Origin: Acholeplasmataceae bacterium
Lineage (GTDB): Bacteria > Bacillota_I > Bacilli_A > Acholeplasmatales > Acholeplasmataceae
Assembly (NCBI GenBank): GCA_030656435.1
Contig: JAUSOA010000021.1
Span: forward strand, 1 to 55,088
Direction: 5' to 3'
Length of the DNA stretch: 55,088 nucleotides
Below the pieces are notes generated by a model. It was not told where the DNA came from and searched no databases. It saw only the letters and a list, made by a program, of their open reading frames with translations. Both the position numbers and the translations under genes were made by a program. Position 1 is the stretch's first letter. Every line of letters starts with the position of its first letter. Shown piece after piece: positions 10,081 to 21,874 of this stretch.

Positions 10081-11639
10081 TAATCTCCGAATTGTCCATA
10101 ATAAAAGGCTTGATTATTAATCTCATTAAGCATCCACTCTGCTCTTTGATTCATAAAGCTCATGACATATTGAACTTGACCTTGATGGGTGGTTTCAGCC
10201 AATACCTCCCATGGATTTGGCCATATATATCTATTCATGATATCCCATTTTAAGAAGTTTCTATGTGCCATATTGGAAATAGACTCTGCTAAAACTGGTA
10301 TCATTTCAAGAACCTGTGGTAAAACATCTAAATAAAAATCATTGTATCTTTCTCTGTAGAGCAGTCTAACCTCAAGAATATCCATCATGAGCTTAAACAT
10401 TCTATTTTTATGCTGTCTCATTCCATAAAAGCCTTCGGGACCGTAATCAATATAATCGGCATTCCCATAAGCTAAATCAAAATCCCAAAGTGGACCATAT
10501 TGGAGTGGCCCATCTTTTTCTTTATACATAAATACAGAACTCCAACCTACATCCACATTTTTGACAAACTCATGGACAATAAAATGTGCAATCCAATTAT
10601 CAAGATTGATGTAGGACTGATAGTTAGATTTCGCAATTAACATATTTTCAACCATTTCAACGTAGGCTTTAATATATGTTGCATGTCCACTAGTAAAATT
10701 TAGATCATCTGAGTCAGGATCTTTGATTTCATAAGGAACTCCGCGGACAACAAACCAATCCCAACCAGGAATTATATCATGGTCATAAAATCTTTGGTCC
10801 ATTTCAAAAAAATAACCTGTATTGATTTCACCTGGAATAGATTCGATCATAAACTTATTCTTATGCACTTCCACATGTTCAGTTAAAACATAGACTCCAC
10901 GGTAATCATCATTGACATAAAGCTCTACGAACCTTGTTTCTAGACTATAGGGTAGATCATCCATCAATGATACCATTTTTTGAGTAATGACATTGCGCAT
11001 CAATGATTTATCTGCAAATTCAGCGAGTAATACATAATTCTTCGCCTCTGGCATTCCTAAAATGGAGGTATTTTCGTCAAATCTCAAACGATAAGGCTTT
11101 TTATCAGATAAAAACCAGGTTGAATTGCCTCTTCCTCTAAGCTGTGCAGCTGCAGTCTCATGTTCAATAACACCTACACTATTTTTCTTTGTTTCAACTC
11201 TGACATTGGTTTGAACATAATCTTCCTTACCAACCTGTCCTAAGGGTACCGGAAGAGTTAGATAGATTTTAGTGTTATTATAGCCAGATTCAAGGGATAG
11301 ATGTCTAAACTCAGTTGTAAAGGTAAGCTCAGTAACGCCTCTTTTGATTTTATATTCAAGGGTAGCGTCACGATCGAAAAATGGGGATTCGTAGATAAAT
11401 TCATTCGTGAAAATTGAATCGCCAAAAGTATAAGTAATATCGTAATGATTCTCGACTGGTAAACTAAAATTAGAATTGACAACCTCAGGCACTGATTCAT
11501 CGATAATCTTGGCTAAAGCTTTGATCTCTTCGGTGTAATCGATAGTATCTATGGGTGTCAATGTAATATCGATATTGGTACATGAAACCACAAATATCAA
11601 TAGTAAAATCAATAGCATGAATAGATATAGTTTTTTCAT
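10080..11639 (-). CDS. CotH kinase family lipoprotein
   Basis: Lipobox VVSC; LRGRGNSTW, KKPYRLRFD, FVELYVNDDYRGVYVLTE, PLWDFDLAYG. Confidence 0.85.
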   Translation of the reverse strand: MKKLYLFMLLILLLIFVVSCTNIDITLTPIDTIDYTEEIKALAKIIDESVPEVVNSNFSLPVENHYDITYTFGDSIFTNEFIYESPFFDRDATLEYKIKRGVTELTFTTEFRHLSLESGYNNTKIYLTLPVPLGQVGKEDYVQTNVRVETKKNSVGVIEHETAAAQLRGRGNSTWFLSDKKPYRLRFDENTSILGMPEAKNYVLLAEFADKSLMRNVITQKMVSLMDDLPYSLETRFVELYVNDDYRGVYVLTEHVEVHKNKFMIESIPGEINTGYFFEMDQRFYDHDIIPGWDWFVVRGVPYEIKDPDSDDLNFTSGHATYIKAYVEMVENMLIAKSNYQSYINLDNWIAHFIVHEFVKNVDVGWSSVFMYKEKDGPLQYGPLWDFDLAYGNADYIDYGPEGFYGMRQHKNRMFKLMMDILEVRLLYRERYNDFYLDVLPQVLEMIPVLAESISNMAHRNFLKWDIMNRYIWPNPWEVLAETTHQGQVQYVMSFMNQRAEWMLNEINNQAFYYGQFGD

Positions 11640-11656
11640 GTTCACTCCTTTTCTTT

Positions 11657-11683
11657 AAAAAAAGCATAGGAAAATTCCTATGC
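11657..11683 (-). terminator. Intrinsic terminator at the end of the atp operon
   Basis: GCATAGGAA/TTCCTATGC hairpin with a T tract on the minus strand. Confidence 0.8.
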
Positions 11684-11685
11684 CA

Positions 11686-11895
11686 TTAAGTCATATAACC
11701 AACAAGTAGCTGTGAAACCCTAACCATGACCTCTGCTAAAAGGTGTGCCGAAATGAGTGCAAGTAGAAAATACCCTGCCTTAATTTCCCAAAGTTTCATC
11801 TTTTCAAACTTATCTTCAATGTGTAATGCTCTAAGTATTCTTAAGGAAATCCAAAAGAATACGATGAGTGATACAAAATAAATCAGATCATCCAT
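11686..11895 (-). CDS. Small two-TM membrane protein, DUF1146/YwzB-like
   Basis: 69 aa with two hydrophobic helices, directly after atpC as ywzB is in Bacillus; GGAGG RBS. Confidence 0.65.
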   Translation of the reverse strand: MDDLIYFVSLIVFFWISLRILRALHIEDKFEKMKLWEIKAGYFLLALISAHLLAEVMVRVSQLLVGYMT

Positions 11896-11909
11896 AGGAT
11901 TTAACCTCC

Positions 11910-13693
<1,784 letters not shown>

Positions 13694-14539
13694 CTAAACG
13701 TTCGAACCATTGACGACGTCAATGAGTTCGCTAGTAATTTCTTGTTGTCTTGCTCGATGATATAACGTATGTAATCGATCAACGATATCATTTGCGTTAT
13801 CTGTAGCACTGCGCATAGCAACCATTCTAGCTGCATGCTCGCTAAGCTTTGCATCTGAGAGTGCTTTAAATATCGAAGATTCGATATAAATATCAACTGT
13901 TTGATTCAATATAATTTCTGGACTAACGTCATAGATAAACTGTTCCTTACTCTTCTTAGTGTTTTCTTTGAAGATGACGGGAAGAATGGTTTCTTTTTTG
14001 ACGATTTGGGTTGCTGTATTGACGTAGTGATTATGATATAAAATAACCTCATCAATTGTCTTATCTATAAAGACATCCTTAATTAGTTTTGCATAATGTC
14101 TGAAGTACATGGTTGAGACATCATCTCGGTTATAAATGATCTCTTCATTGATGATTGGGAGCTTACGTTTAACTGCGAAATAATAGCCTTTTTTGCCTAG
14201 TACAAGCACTCTGTAGTCTTCCTTGGATAAATCCTTGGTTTCCTCAATAAAGGCTTTAAAGAGCTGATTGTGGTAGCTTCCTGCAAGACCTCTATCTGAT
14301 GTAACTAATACATATAGCTTGGTCTTCCCTTCATTGACTGAAGTGATCCGCTGTGCTTCATAAATGCTTTGATCTGAGTATCTTAGGATGTCATGAATTT
14401 TAGAAACGAAAGCGAGTGAGTGGTTTAAATGCTCGGTAGACTTCTTGATTTTGGATAAGGCAATATTATGCATCGCTTGTGTAATGGCAGCCGTTTTTTT
14501 AATTGCCGTCATTCTAAGCTTAATATCCTTTAATCCCAT
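13694..14539 (-). CDS. atpG: F1Fo ATP synthase gamma subunit
   Basis: TSDRGLAG, SEHAARMVAM, ARQQEITSEL. Confidence 0.95.
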   Translation of the reverse strand: MGLKDIKLRMTAIKKTAAITQAMHNIALSKIKKSTEHLNHSLAFVSKIHDILRYSDQSIYEAQRITSVNEGKTKLYVLVTSDRGLAGSYHNQLFKAFIEETKDLSKEDYRVLVLGKKGYYFAVKRKLPIINEEIIYNRDDVSTMYFRHYAKLIKDVFIDKTIDEVILYHNHYVNTATQIVKKETILPVIFKENTKKSKEQFIYDVSPEIILNQTVDIYIESSIFKALSDAKLSEHAARMVAMRSATDNANDIVDRLHTLYHRARQQEITSELIDVVNGSNV

Positions 14540-16044
14540 TAGACTAACCTCTTAAGACCTTGAATAAAGGAATCGAGTTCTTTCTTGTCTGGTAAGCTCT
14601 TCGTTTCAATTAAGTGAGCATTAATTTTCTTACCTAAGTCATTCATTTGCAAGCCTTGAGCAATTTCATATTCTAATGCTTTGACTTGTTCTATGTTTAA
14701 ATCATCCATGTATCCTTCGGATAAAGCAAAGATGGTAACAATTTGGGTTGGCATTTGAACAAGCTCATGAACATCTTGTTTCAAAATTTCTACAGTTTTT
14801 CTACCGCGTTCTAGTCTCTTTTTCGCACTTGCATCTAAATCAGATCCAAACTGTGCAAATGATTCTAATTCTCGGTAGTTTGCTAGATTGATACGAATCG
14901 CTCCAGCAACCTTTTTCATTCCCTTCCATTGTGCGGCTCCGCCGACACGGGATACGGATAGACCAGCATTAATCGCTGGGCGAATACCAGAATAGAAGAG
15001 TTCAGCCTCTAAAAATATCTGACCGTCCGTGATTGAAATCACGTTCGTAGAAATATATGCTGAAATGTCTCCTGCTTTTGTTTCTATAATAGGTAGTGCT
15101 GTAATAGAGACACCAACTTATTTATCGTTTAGACGATCTGAAAGCTCTAATAGTCTTGAATGTAGATAGAATACGTCACCTGGGTATGCTTCTCTTCCCG
15201 GTGGTCTACGTAGTAGTAGAGATAATTCACGGTAGGCTACCGCATGCTTGGATAAATCATCATAAACAATTAAAACATCCTTACCCTTTTCCATAAAGTA
15301 TTCACCCATGGTAACACCAGCAAATGGTGCAAGATATAGTAATGTTCCTTCTCTAGATGCTCCAGCAGTAACAACAATCGTATATTCCATTGCTTGATGC
15401 TGCTCGAAGAGCTGCACAAGCGTAGATACTGAAGATTCCTTTTGACCAATCGCAACATAAATACAAATCGTATTTTTTCCCTTTTGGTTCAAAATCGTAT
15501 CAACTGCTAATGTCGTTTTTCCTGTTTGTCTATCACCGATAATTAATTCTCTTTGACCGCGACCAATTGGAACTAAAGCATCAATAACCTTGATCCCTGT
15601 TTCCATCGATGCATTAATCGATCCACGTTGCATAACGCCTTGAGCTCTTCTTTCTACTGGAAGAAAGTGCTTGGCATTGATAGGTCCGCCTGCATCGAGT
15701 GGTTCTCCTAAAGGATTAACAACTCTACCTAAGAGTTCTTCACCTACGGGTACTTCAAAGATACGTTTCGTGGTTTTAACTAAATCGCCTTCTTTAATTT
15801 TATCGCTTTCACCCAAAAGAATAACACCGACGTGATGTTCTTCAAGGTTAAAAACAAGCCCTTTTACGTCGTGAGGAAACTCTAGGAGCTCTCCCATCAT
15901 GGCTTGCTGGAGACCATAAACGATAGCGATACCATCACCAACGCTTAAGACCTTACCAATATTTTCTAATTTGACGTCCTGCTCGAATGACTTGATCTGC
16001 TTTTTTATGATCTCGGTCATTTCTTGAACTTTTATTTTTGACAA
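14539..16044 (-). CDS. atpA: F1Fo ATP synthase alpha subunit, one frame interrupted by TAA at 15118-15120 (sequence error or pseudogene)
   Basis: The two track ORFs share a frame and total 501 codons; [28 protein letters not shown]. Confidence 0.9.
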
Positions 16045-16057
16045 TTTCTACACCACC

Positions 16058-16570
16058 TTAAATCGTTGTATATAATTCTTCTATCTCGCGCGCAACCGAA
16101 TGGTCTAGTGATTGTCCTTGATAGACAACTTTGAGACCCCCTAAAAGCGTTGGGTCGATTGTAATATGAAGTGAAACTGTTTGGTTTGGAAATCTTGGCT
16201 GGATTGCTTTTACCAATCTGGCTTCAACTTCAGTAGAAATGGGCTTTGCAGAATAAACGTGAAGATGCGCAATCTTCTGATAAACTCTGGAAAGTAATGT
16301 CCATTCCGTATATATTTCTTGATACAAATGAATATTATTCTTTTGGGCTAGCATTTTTAAAAATGCTAAAAATGAGATGTCATACTCAAGTGCATCAATC
16401 ATTTTCGTTTTTTCAGTAAAGCTAATCATCGGTGAATCCATTAAGGTTACCCATGAAGGATTCTTTTCGACAGTATCTTTGAAATCATCGAAATGATAGG
16501 TCAAGGTATCAATCTTTTTTTCTTCTTTGGCAATCGAAAAGAGTGCCTTTGCATAATTCGAGATACGCAT
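16058..16570 (-). CDS. atpH: F1Fo ATP synthase delta subunit
   Basis: YAKALF at the N-terminus; IDPTLLGG...LDHS. Confidence 0.92.
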   Translation of the reverse strand: MRISNYAKALFSIAKEEKKIDTLTYHFDDFKDTVEKNPSWVTLMDSPMISFTEKTKMIDALEYDISFLAFLKMLAQKNNIHLYQEIYTEWTLLSRVYQKIAHLHVYSAKPISTEVEARLVKAIQPRFPNQTVSLHITIDPTLLGGLKVVYQGQSLDHSVAREIEELYTTI

Positions 16571-17103
16571 TATTTTGTACTCTCGCGAAGAATTTCTTCA
16601 ATGATATCCTGATGAACAGATTCATCAATTTCTCTTTTCACGATTTTTTCGGCAGCAAGAAAAGCAACCTCTTTAATCGATTGTTTGATGTCTTCGTTTG
16701 CTTGCATAATCTCAAATTCGATATCCTTTTCAGCTTGGTCTAAGCGACGTTTCGCTTCCTTCTTCGCATTGGTTATCATTTCATCTTGTTGTTTGTATGC
16801 TTCAAGCGTTAATTTTTCTTTTAATTGTCTAGTCTCTTCCTTCATAGCCTCGTAGTCTTTTACCGATTGATCCTGAAGTTCTCTAGCGTGTGCTCTTTCC
16901 TTTTCAGCATTATCAAGAGCTTCCGTTAAGGCCGCCTGTCTTGCTTCTAAGAATGTAGTCACTTTGCTCCAAAGAAATTTTTTGATAATCAGCACTAAAA
17001 GTACGAACGCAATGATATTCAATAAGACAATATCAGGCCTATTCAAGACGGAATATAATCCCTCTTCAATCGCCACTACAGCATCTTCAAATATCTCGTT
17101 CAC
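16570..17103 (-). CDS. atpF: F1Fo ATP synthase subunit b
   Basis: One TM helix, then a coiled coil, AAEKIV; operon position. Confidence 0.92.
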   Translation of the reverse strand: MNEIFEDAVVAIEEGLYSVLNRPDIVLLNIIAFVLLVLIIKKFLWSKVTTFLEARQAALTEALDNAEKERAHARELQDQSVKDYEAMKEETRQLKEKLTLEAYKQQDEMITNAKKEAKRRLDQAEKDIEFEIMQANEDIKQSIKEVAFLAAEKIVKREIDESVHQDIIEEILRESTK

Positions 17104-17124
17104 TTAGATCAAATCCTTCGTCTT

Positions 17125-17403
17125 TTATTTTGAAACAAGAATAAATGCAATAATTAAACCATAAAGACCAGTAGTTTCAGCAACAGCTTGACCGATTAAC
17201 ATCGTTGATGTAATTTTTCCAGCAGCTTCTGGCTGACGTCCTACAGCTTCAACAGCCTTAGATGCAGCAATACCTTGACCAATCGCGGTACCAACACCTG
17301 TAAATACGGCAATACCTGCTCCAACATAGGCTAGTCCACTAGCTAATTCGCCAGGCATAGATTCTAAAATTAATGGTAAAATAGAACTTAAAAATGTTAA
17401 CAT
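17125..17403 (-). CDS. atpE: F1Fo ATP synthase subunit c with a Na+-binding signature
   Basis: IGQG, GRQPEA loop, AVAETTGLY. Confidence 0.95.
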   Translation of the reverse strand: MLTFLSSILPLILESMPGELASGLAYVGAGIAVFTGVGTAIGQGIAASKAVEAVGRQPEAAGKITSTMLIGQAVAETTGLYGLIIAFILVSK

Positions 17404-17422
17404 TGTTTTTCTCCTTATAAAA

Positions 17423-18100
17423 TTATTCTATCTCTAAATCCGCTTCATCAATTTTTTGAGAAGCAAATATTACAGTCAATAAGACAATCACAAGCGTTTG
17501 AATGAGGCCGAAGGCGATATCAAATAGCATGTGCAATGCGGGTGTAAATAATAGTGAGAACCATCCAGCACCACGATAAACAACGGTTAAAATCAAGGCT
17601 CCACTGGCAATATTACCGAACAAACGGAGTGCCATGGAGATGATTGGTGTAAATTCACTAATAACATTTAATGGAAACATTAGAGGAATTGGTTTAAATA
17701 TTCCTAAGAAGTGTCTCCAGCTTTGTGAAACAAATCCTGTGATTTGAATCACGAAAAATGCAGTAATCGAAAGTGAAAAGGTAATCGCTGTATATCTAGT
17801 TGGGGAATCTAATGCAAATATCCCTGAAATATTGGATAGAAAGACATAGATTGCCATAGTCAATGCAATTGGCGTTAAAAATCTCCAATTTTTACCAACG
17901 TAGCTTCTAACAAATTTGTTAAGCATGTCAACAAATGATATGATTCCAACCATGAATAAATTGGGTTTGCCCCCTACATCAAGCCTTGCAACACTATTCC
18001 CTATAAAAAACGCGAAAATCGAGATCACAGCCATTAAGAATAATGAGGTTAAGAAGTAATTAGGTAGTGAGTTGATATAATCAAGTATTGTTTGTATCAT
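17423..18100 (-). CDS. atpB: F1Fo ATP synthase subunit a
   Basis: [11 protein letters not shown] with the essential Arg; LIQTLV. Confidence 0.93.
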   Translation of the reverse strand: MIQTILDYINSLPNYFLTSLFLMAVISIFAFFIGNSVARLDVGGKPNLFMVGIISFVDMLNKFVRSYVGKNWRFLTPIALTMAIYVFLSNISGIFALDSPTRYTAITFSLSITAFFVIQITGFVSQSWRHFLGIFKPIPLMFPLNVISEFTPIISMALRLFGNIASGALILTVVYRGAGWFSLLFTPALHMLFDIAFGLIQTLVIVLLTVIFASQKIDEADLEIE

Positions 18101-18479
18101 TTTCTTCTACCTCAACTTCCTTAGGCTTTTTAATCAGTGGTGTTGAATAAAGGATTGCTCCAAATTTAATCGATGCAATACCGAGTAATAAGAATATATA
18201 AGAATTAATCATGACTTGAGTTCCTAGCTTGTTTGTATCAAAATATACAATCGCAATAATCACGATATAAAATACATAGCGCTGAATCAAATGGGTGACT
18301 AGCTTATAGGATGTTAATTTATTTTTTGTAACCTGAATCATCAAGCTATGGTTAAAAAGGGCAACGGCAGAGCCGAGGATTGCCCAAATAAGATAGTCAT
18401 TAAAAAATATGAGTGTAACCAGTGCTAAGATTATTGAATAAATCAGAGCAATGATGCTAATGACGTGAACGTCTTTCAT
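18081..18479 (-). CDS. atpI: ATP synthase protein I-like four-TM protein
   Basis: Hydrophobic four-helix protein immediately before atpB; ATG at 18479 after GAGGA. Confidence 0.7.
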   Translation of the reverse strand: MKDVHVISIIALIYSIILALVTLIFFNDYLIWAILGSAVALFNHSLMIQVTKNKLTSYKLVTHLIQRYVFYIVIIAIVYFDTNKLGTQVMINSYIFLLLGIASIKFGAILYSTPLIKKPKEVEVEENDTNNT

Positions 18480-18705
18480 TGCGTTCCTCACTTTTCATAA
18501 ATTGATAGACAGTCATAAACCCGATCATGACACCAAGTGCAAGACCAATGGCAGTGTAATAAATATAGGTATCTCCATCAGGATCAGTTCTTGTTCCGAT
18601 ATAATAACCTAATAATGATAGCCCAATCACAGTAAAAATCATCTGCATGACTACCATATAAGTCATAAATATTCTTTTTGCTTTATTTCTTCTATTTGGT
18701 TCCAA
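18457..18705 (-). CDS. AtpZ/AtpI-family small two-TM protein
   Basis: Two TM helices with LGYYIG and GLALGV; start uncertain (TTG 18705 or ATG 18666); between upp and atpI. Confidence 0.65.
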   Translation of the reverse strand: MEPNRRNKAKRIFMTYMVVMQMIFTVIGLSLLGYYIGTRTDPDGDTYIYYTAIGLALGVMIGFMTVYQFMKSEERNERRSRH

Positions 18706-19318
18706 ATAAACGATCCCCACAGTCTCCAAGACCAGGAACGATATACCCGTTTTCATTTAAGTGACTATCAAGAGCGGCAAGATAAATACTGACATCAGGA
18801 TGCTCCTTCTGCAATCTTGCGACACCCTCAGGACAGCCAACTAATCCGACATAACGAATATCCTTAGCTCCTCTAGCCTTTAGTATCTCTATAGCTTTGC
18901 AAGCAGATCCTGCAGTTGCAAGCATAGGGTCAACAACCAATACAACACTTTGTTCTATATCTTTAGGAAATTTAGAATAGTAAACCTGAGGCTGTAATGT
19001 TTCCTCATCTCTATAAAGTCCGATATGTCCGATTTTAGCGGTTGGGATGATATTATGAATTCCTTCTACCATTCCTAGACCTGCTCTTAAAATAGGGACG
19101 ATTACGATTTGTTTTTCAAGCTCATGAGCTATCATTTCACACATCGGTGTTTCAATCGTTACTGGTTTGGTTGTGAAATCACGCGTGATTTCATAGGTAA
19201 TCAAACCACCTACCTCAGATACACTTTCTCTAAACTCTTTTGTTCCGGTTCTTTTGTCTCTAATACGTGCCATTTTGTGGTCGATTAAAGGATGATTCAG
19301 AATCACTACTTTACTCAT
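18692..19318 (-). CDS. upp: Uracil phosphoribosyltransferase
   Basis: [38 protein letters not shown]. Confidence 0.97.
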   Translation of the reverse strand: MSKVVILNHPLIDHKMARIRDKRTGTKEFRESVSEVGGLITYEITRDFTTKPVTIETPMCEMIAHELEKQIVIVPILRAGLGMVEGIHNIIPTAKIGHIGLYRDEETLQPQVYYSKFPKDIEQSVVLVVDPMLATAGSACKAIEILKARGAKDIRYVGLVGCPEGVARLQKEHPDVSIYLAALDSHLNENGYIVPGLGDCGDRLFGTK

Positions 19319-19320
19319 TT

Positions 19321-19761
19321 CTATTCATTCCCCTCTATTTGTTTTATTTTATCAATTCTCGTTTGATGACGATTCTCAAACGTGGATCCCATAAAGGTTT
19401 TGATGATTGAAATGGCTAAATCTGCTGAAGTTGTTCTTCCGCCTAAAGCAAGTACATTTGCGTTGTTATGCTCTTTAGCGAGTCTTGCAGTCATTTCATC
19501 GTATACTAATGCCGCTCGAACACCTCTAATTTTGTTCGCTGCGATACTAATACCGATGCCTGTTCCACAAATCGCGATACCAAAGTCATAGGGCTCTTTA
19601 GTAACAGCTAGACCAACCTTTTTCCCAAAATCTGGGTAATCAACTGAATCATTTGAATTGGTTCCAAGGTCTTTGTAATCAATTTTTTCGGTGTCGAAAT
19701 AGGCTTTGATTTTTTCTTTTAGTTCATAGCCACCATGATCACTACCAATCACTATTCTCAT
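19321..19761 (-). CDS. rpiB: Ribose-5-phosphate isomerase B
   Basis: GSDHGG, CGTGIG, HNNANVL, RHQTR. Confidence 0.95.
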   Translation of the reverse strand: MRIVIGSDHGGYELKEKIKAYFDTEKIDYKDLGTNSNDSVDYPDFGKKVGLAVTKEPYDFGIAICGTGIGISIAANKIRGVRAALVYDEMTARLAKEHNNANVLALGGRTTSADLAISIIKTFMGSTFENRHQTRIDKIKQIEGNE

Positions 19762-19844
19762 ATGATTCCTCCTCTATCGGACTCTTTAGATATTATATCA
19801 TAAAAATATATTTTTATACCAAAATACTATCCCTCAAACGAAAG

Positions 19845-19867
19845 AAAAAAGATGTGTTTGCATCTTT
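19845..19867 (-). terminator. Intrinsic terminator after typA
   Basis: AAAGATG/CATCTTT stem with a T tract on the minus strand. Confidence 0.65.
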
Positions 19868-21683
19868 ATTCTTGAGTTTCGTTATAGTAAGCTTTCTTTC
19901 TTTCATTGGCTCTCAATATTGCTTTTCTTAAGCGAATGCTTTTTGGAGTTATTTCGATGAGTTCATCATCGTTAATAAATGCTAAACATGCTTCTAGATT
20001 CATAGTCTTTGGTCTCTTTAGGATGACTGTTGAATCCTTACCAGCTGAACGCATATTTGTTAATTGCTTTTCCATCGTAACATTGACGACCATGTCGGTA
20101 TCCTTGTTACATTCTCCAACGATCATACCTTCATAAACAGATACACGTGGGTCTAAAAACATTTCTCCACGGTCCTCTAAACGACCAATTGCGTAGGCAG
20201 TAGTCATTCCGTTATTCAGTGATACTAAGGCACCAGATCTTCTATTTCCAACTGTTTCATAGACCATTGGTCTATAATCTAGGAAGATATGAGATAAAAT
20301 ACCATAGCCTTTAGTCGCTGTTAAGAACTGAGTCATGAATCCGATTAATCCGCGAGACGGCATAATGTAATGAATTCTAGCATAATCTCCATGCTGATTC
20401 ATTTGAATCAAATCGCCCTTACGTTCTCCAAGCATTTCAATAACTGTTCCCATAAATTCTGATGGGCAGTCGATTTGGACATCTTCATAGGGTTCATGCT
20501 TGACTCCATCAACTGTCTTAACGATAACACGTGGACGAGAAACCTGGAATTCATAGTTTTCTCTTCTCATATTTTCAATTAGAATACCTAAATGCAATTC
20601 TCCACGACCTGATACAATCCAAGCCTCAGACATTCCAATACGGTCAACTCTTAGACTGACGTCTTTTTGAGTTTCTTTATAAAGTCTTTCATCTATTTTA
20701 GATGCAGTTACGAATTTTCCTTCTTTACCTGCAAATGGGCTATTGTTTGTTAGAAATGTCATCTGAACTGTTGGTTCATCGATATGTAAGTGAGGTAGAG
20801 CATCTTCGTAACCAACTGCAGTGACTGTTTCACCGACATGAATATCAGGAAGTCCAGCAACAGATACGATATCTCCTGCATAAGCCTCAGGAACTTCTAT
20901 TTTATCCATTCCCATGCTTTGTAAAATCTTTTGAATTCTAAATTGAATGATAGAACCATCCATACGTACACAAGATACTGTATCATTGACACGCATTGTA
21001 CCCTTATAAATTTTACCAATTCCCATACGTCCAACATAATCGTTATAATCAATTAATGCTGGTTGAAATTGTAGTGGTCCTTCAGCGATTTGATTGGGTT
21101 GTGGGATTGCTTTAATGATGGTATCTAAGATAGGTTCCATCTTGATATCCATATCTAAATGAGGGATGTAATTTGCTAACCCTTGAATTCCTGATGCGTA
21201 TAAAACAGGAAAATCAAGCTGATGTTCATCAGCTCCAAGGTCTATAAATAGATCGTATACTTCATTAACAGTTCTTTGTATGTCAGCGAATTTTCTATCA
21301 ATCTTGTTAACAACAACGATTGGTAATAATTTCGCTTCCAATGCTTTTTTAAGTACAAATCTAGTTTGTGGCATCACGCCTTCATATGCATCAACTAAAA
21401 GTAATACACCATCCACCATATACATAATACGCTCTACTTCACCACCAAAGTCAGCATGACCTGGAGTGTCAAGAATGTTAATACGATAATTTTTATAGAC
21501 AATAGCAGTATTTTTAGCAAGGATCGTAATCCCGCGTTCTCTTTCTATATCGTTTGAATCCATGACACGATCATCAAGCTGAGCATGTGCATCATATCTC
21601 TCGCTTTGCTTCAAGATTTGATTCACTAGTGTTGTTTTACCATGATCGACATGGGCAATAATTGCGATGTTTCTTATTTCCAT
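19866..21683 (-). CDS. typA: Translational GTPase TypA/BipA
   Basis: AHVDHGKT, ERGITILAK, GRGELHL, EITPKSIRLRK. Confidence 0.97.
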   Translation of the reverse strand: MEIRNIAIIAHVDHGKTTLVNQILKQSERYDAHAQLDDRVMDSNDIERERGITILAKNTAIVYKNYRINILDTPGHADFGGEVERIMYMVDGVLLLVDAYEGVMPQTRFVLKKALEAKLLPIVVVNKIDRKFADIQRTVNEVYDLFIDLGADEHQLDFPVLYASGIQGLANYIPHLDMDIKMEPILDTIIKAIPQPNQIAEGPLQFQPALIDYNDYVGRMGIGKIYKGTMRVNDTVSCVRMDGSIIQFRIQKILQSMGMDKIEVPEAYAGDIVSVAGLPDIHVGETVTAVGYEDALPHLHIDEPTVQMTFLTNNSPFAGKEGKFVTASKIDERLYKETQKDVSLRVDRIGMSEAWIVSGRGELHLGILIENMRRENYEFQVSRPRVIVKTVDGVKHEPYEDVQIDCPSEFMGTVIEMLGERKGDLIQMNQHGDYARIHYIMPSRGLIGFMTQFLTATKGYGILSHIFLDYRPMVYETVGNRRSGALVSLNNGMTTAYAIGRLEDRGEMFLDPRVSVYEGMIVGECNKDTDMVVNVTMEKQLTNMRSAGKDSTVILKRPKTMNLEACLAFINDDELIEITPKSIRLRKAILRANERKKAYYNETQE

Positions 21684-21874
21684 AAATACCCTCTTTTCAT
21701 AACCTTACTTATTATATACTACTTTTCTTAATTTAAAACAAAAAAAGTCTCAAAAACGAAGTCTTTTGTACTGTTTAACGATGTTATTTCAGTTGCATGA
21801 CTTCTTTTGATGACTATACAGTTGATTTGACCTGATATTACAGTGCTTATAGGAAAATATTTGATAATAATGAT

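Noticed and set aside
14539-15042. Separate 167-aa gene or naturally split atpA
   Set aside because: Same frame as the upstream part; the intervening codons still encode conserved alpha sequence; no RBS before the GTG.
15118-15120. Stop-codon recoding or an alternative genetic code
   Set aside because: TAA ends many genes here, and the neighbouring missense cluster points to error.
21730-21874. Open frame after the prmC stop with FPISTV, faintly like Sua5 FPTDTV
   Set aside because: No start or RBS, similarity too short, and it overlaps a terminator.
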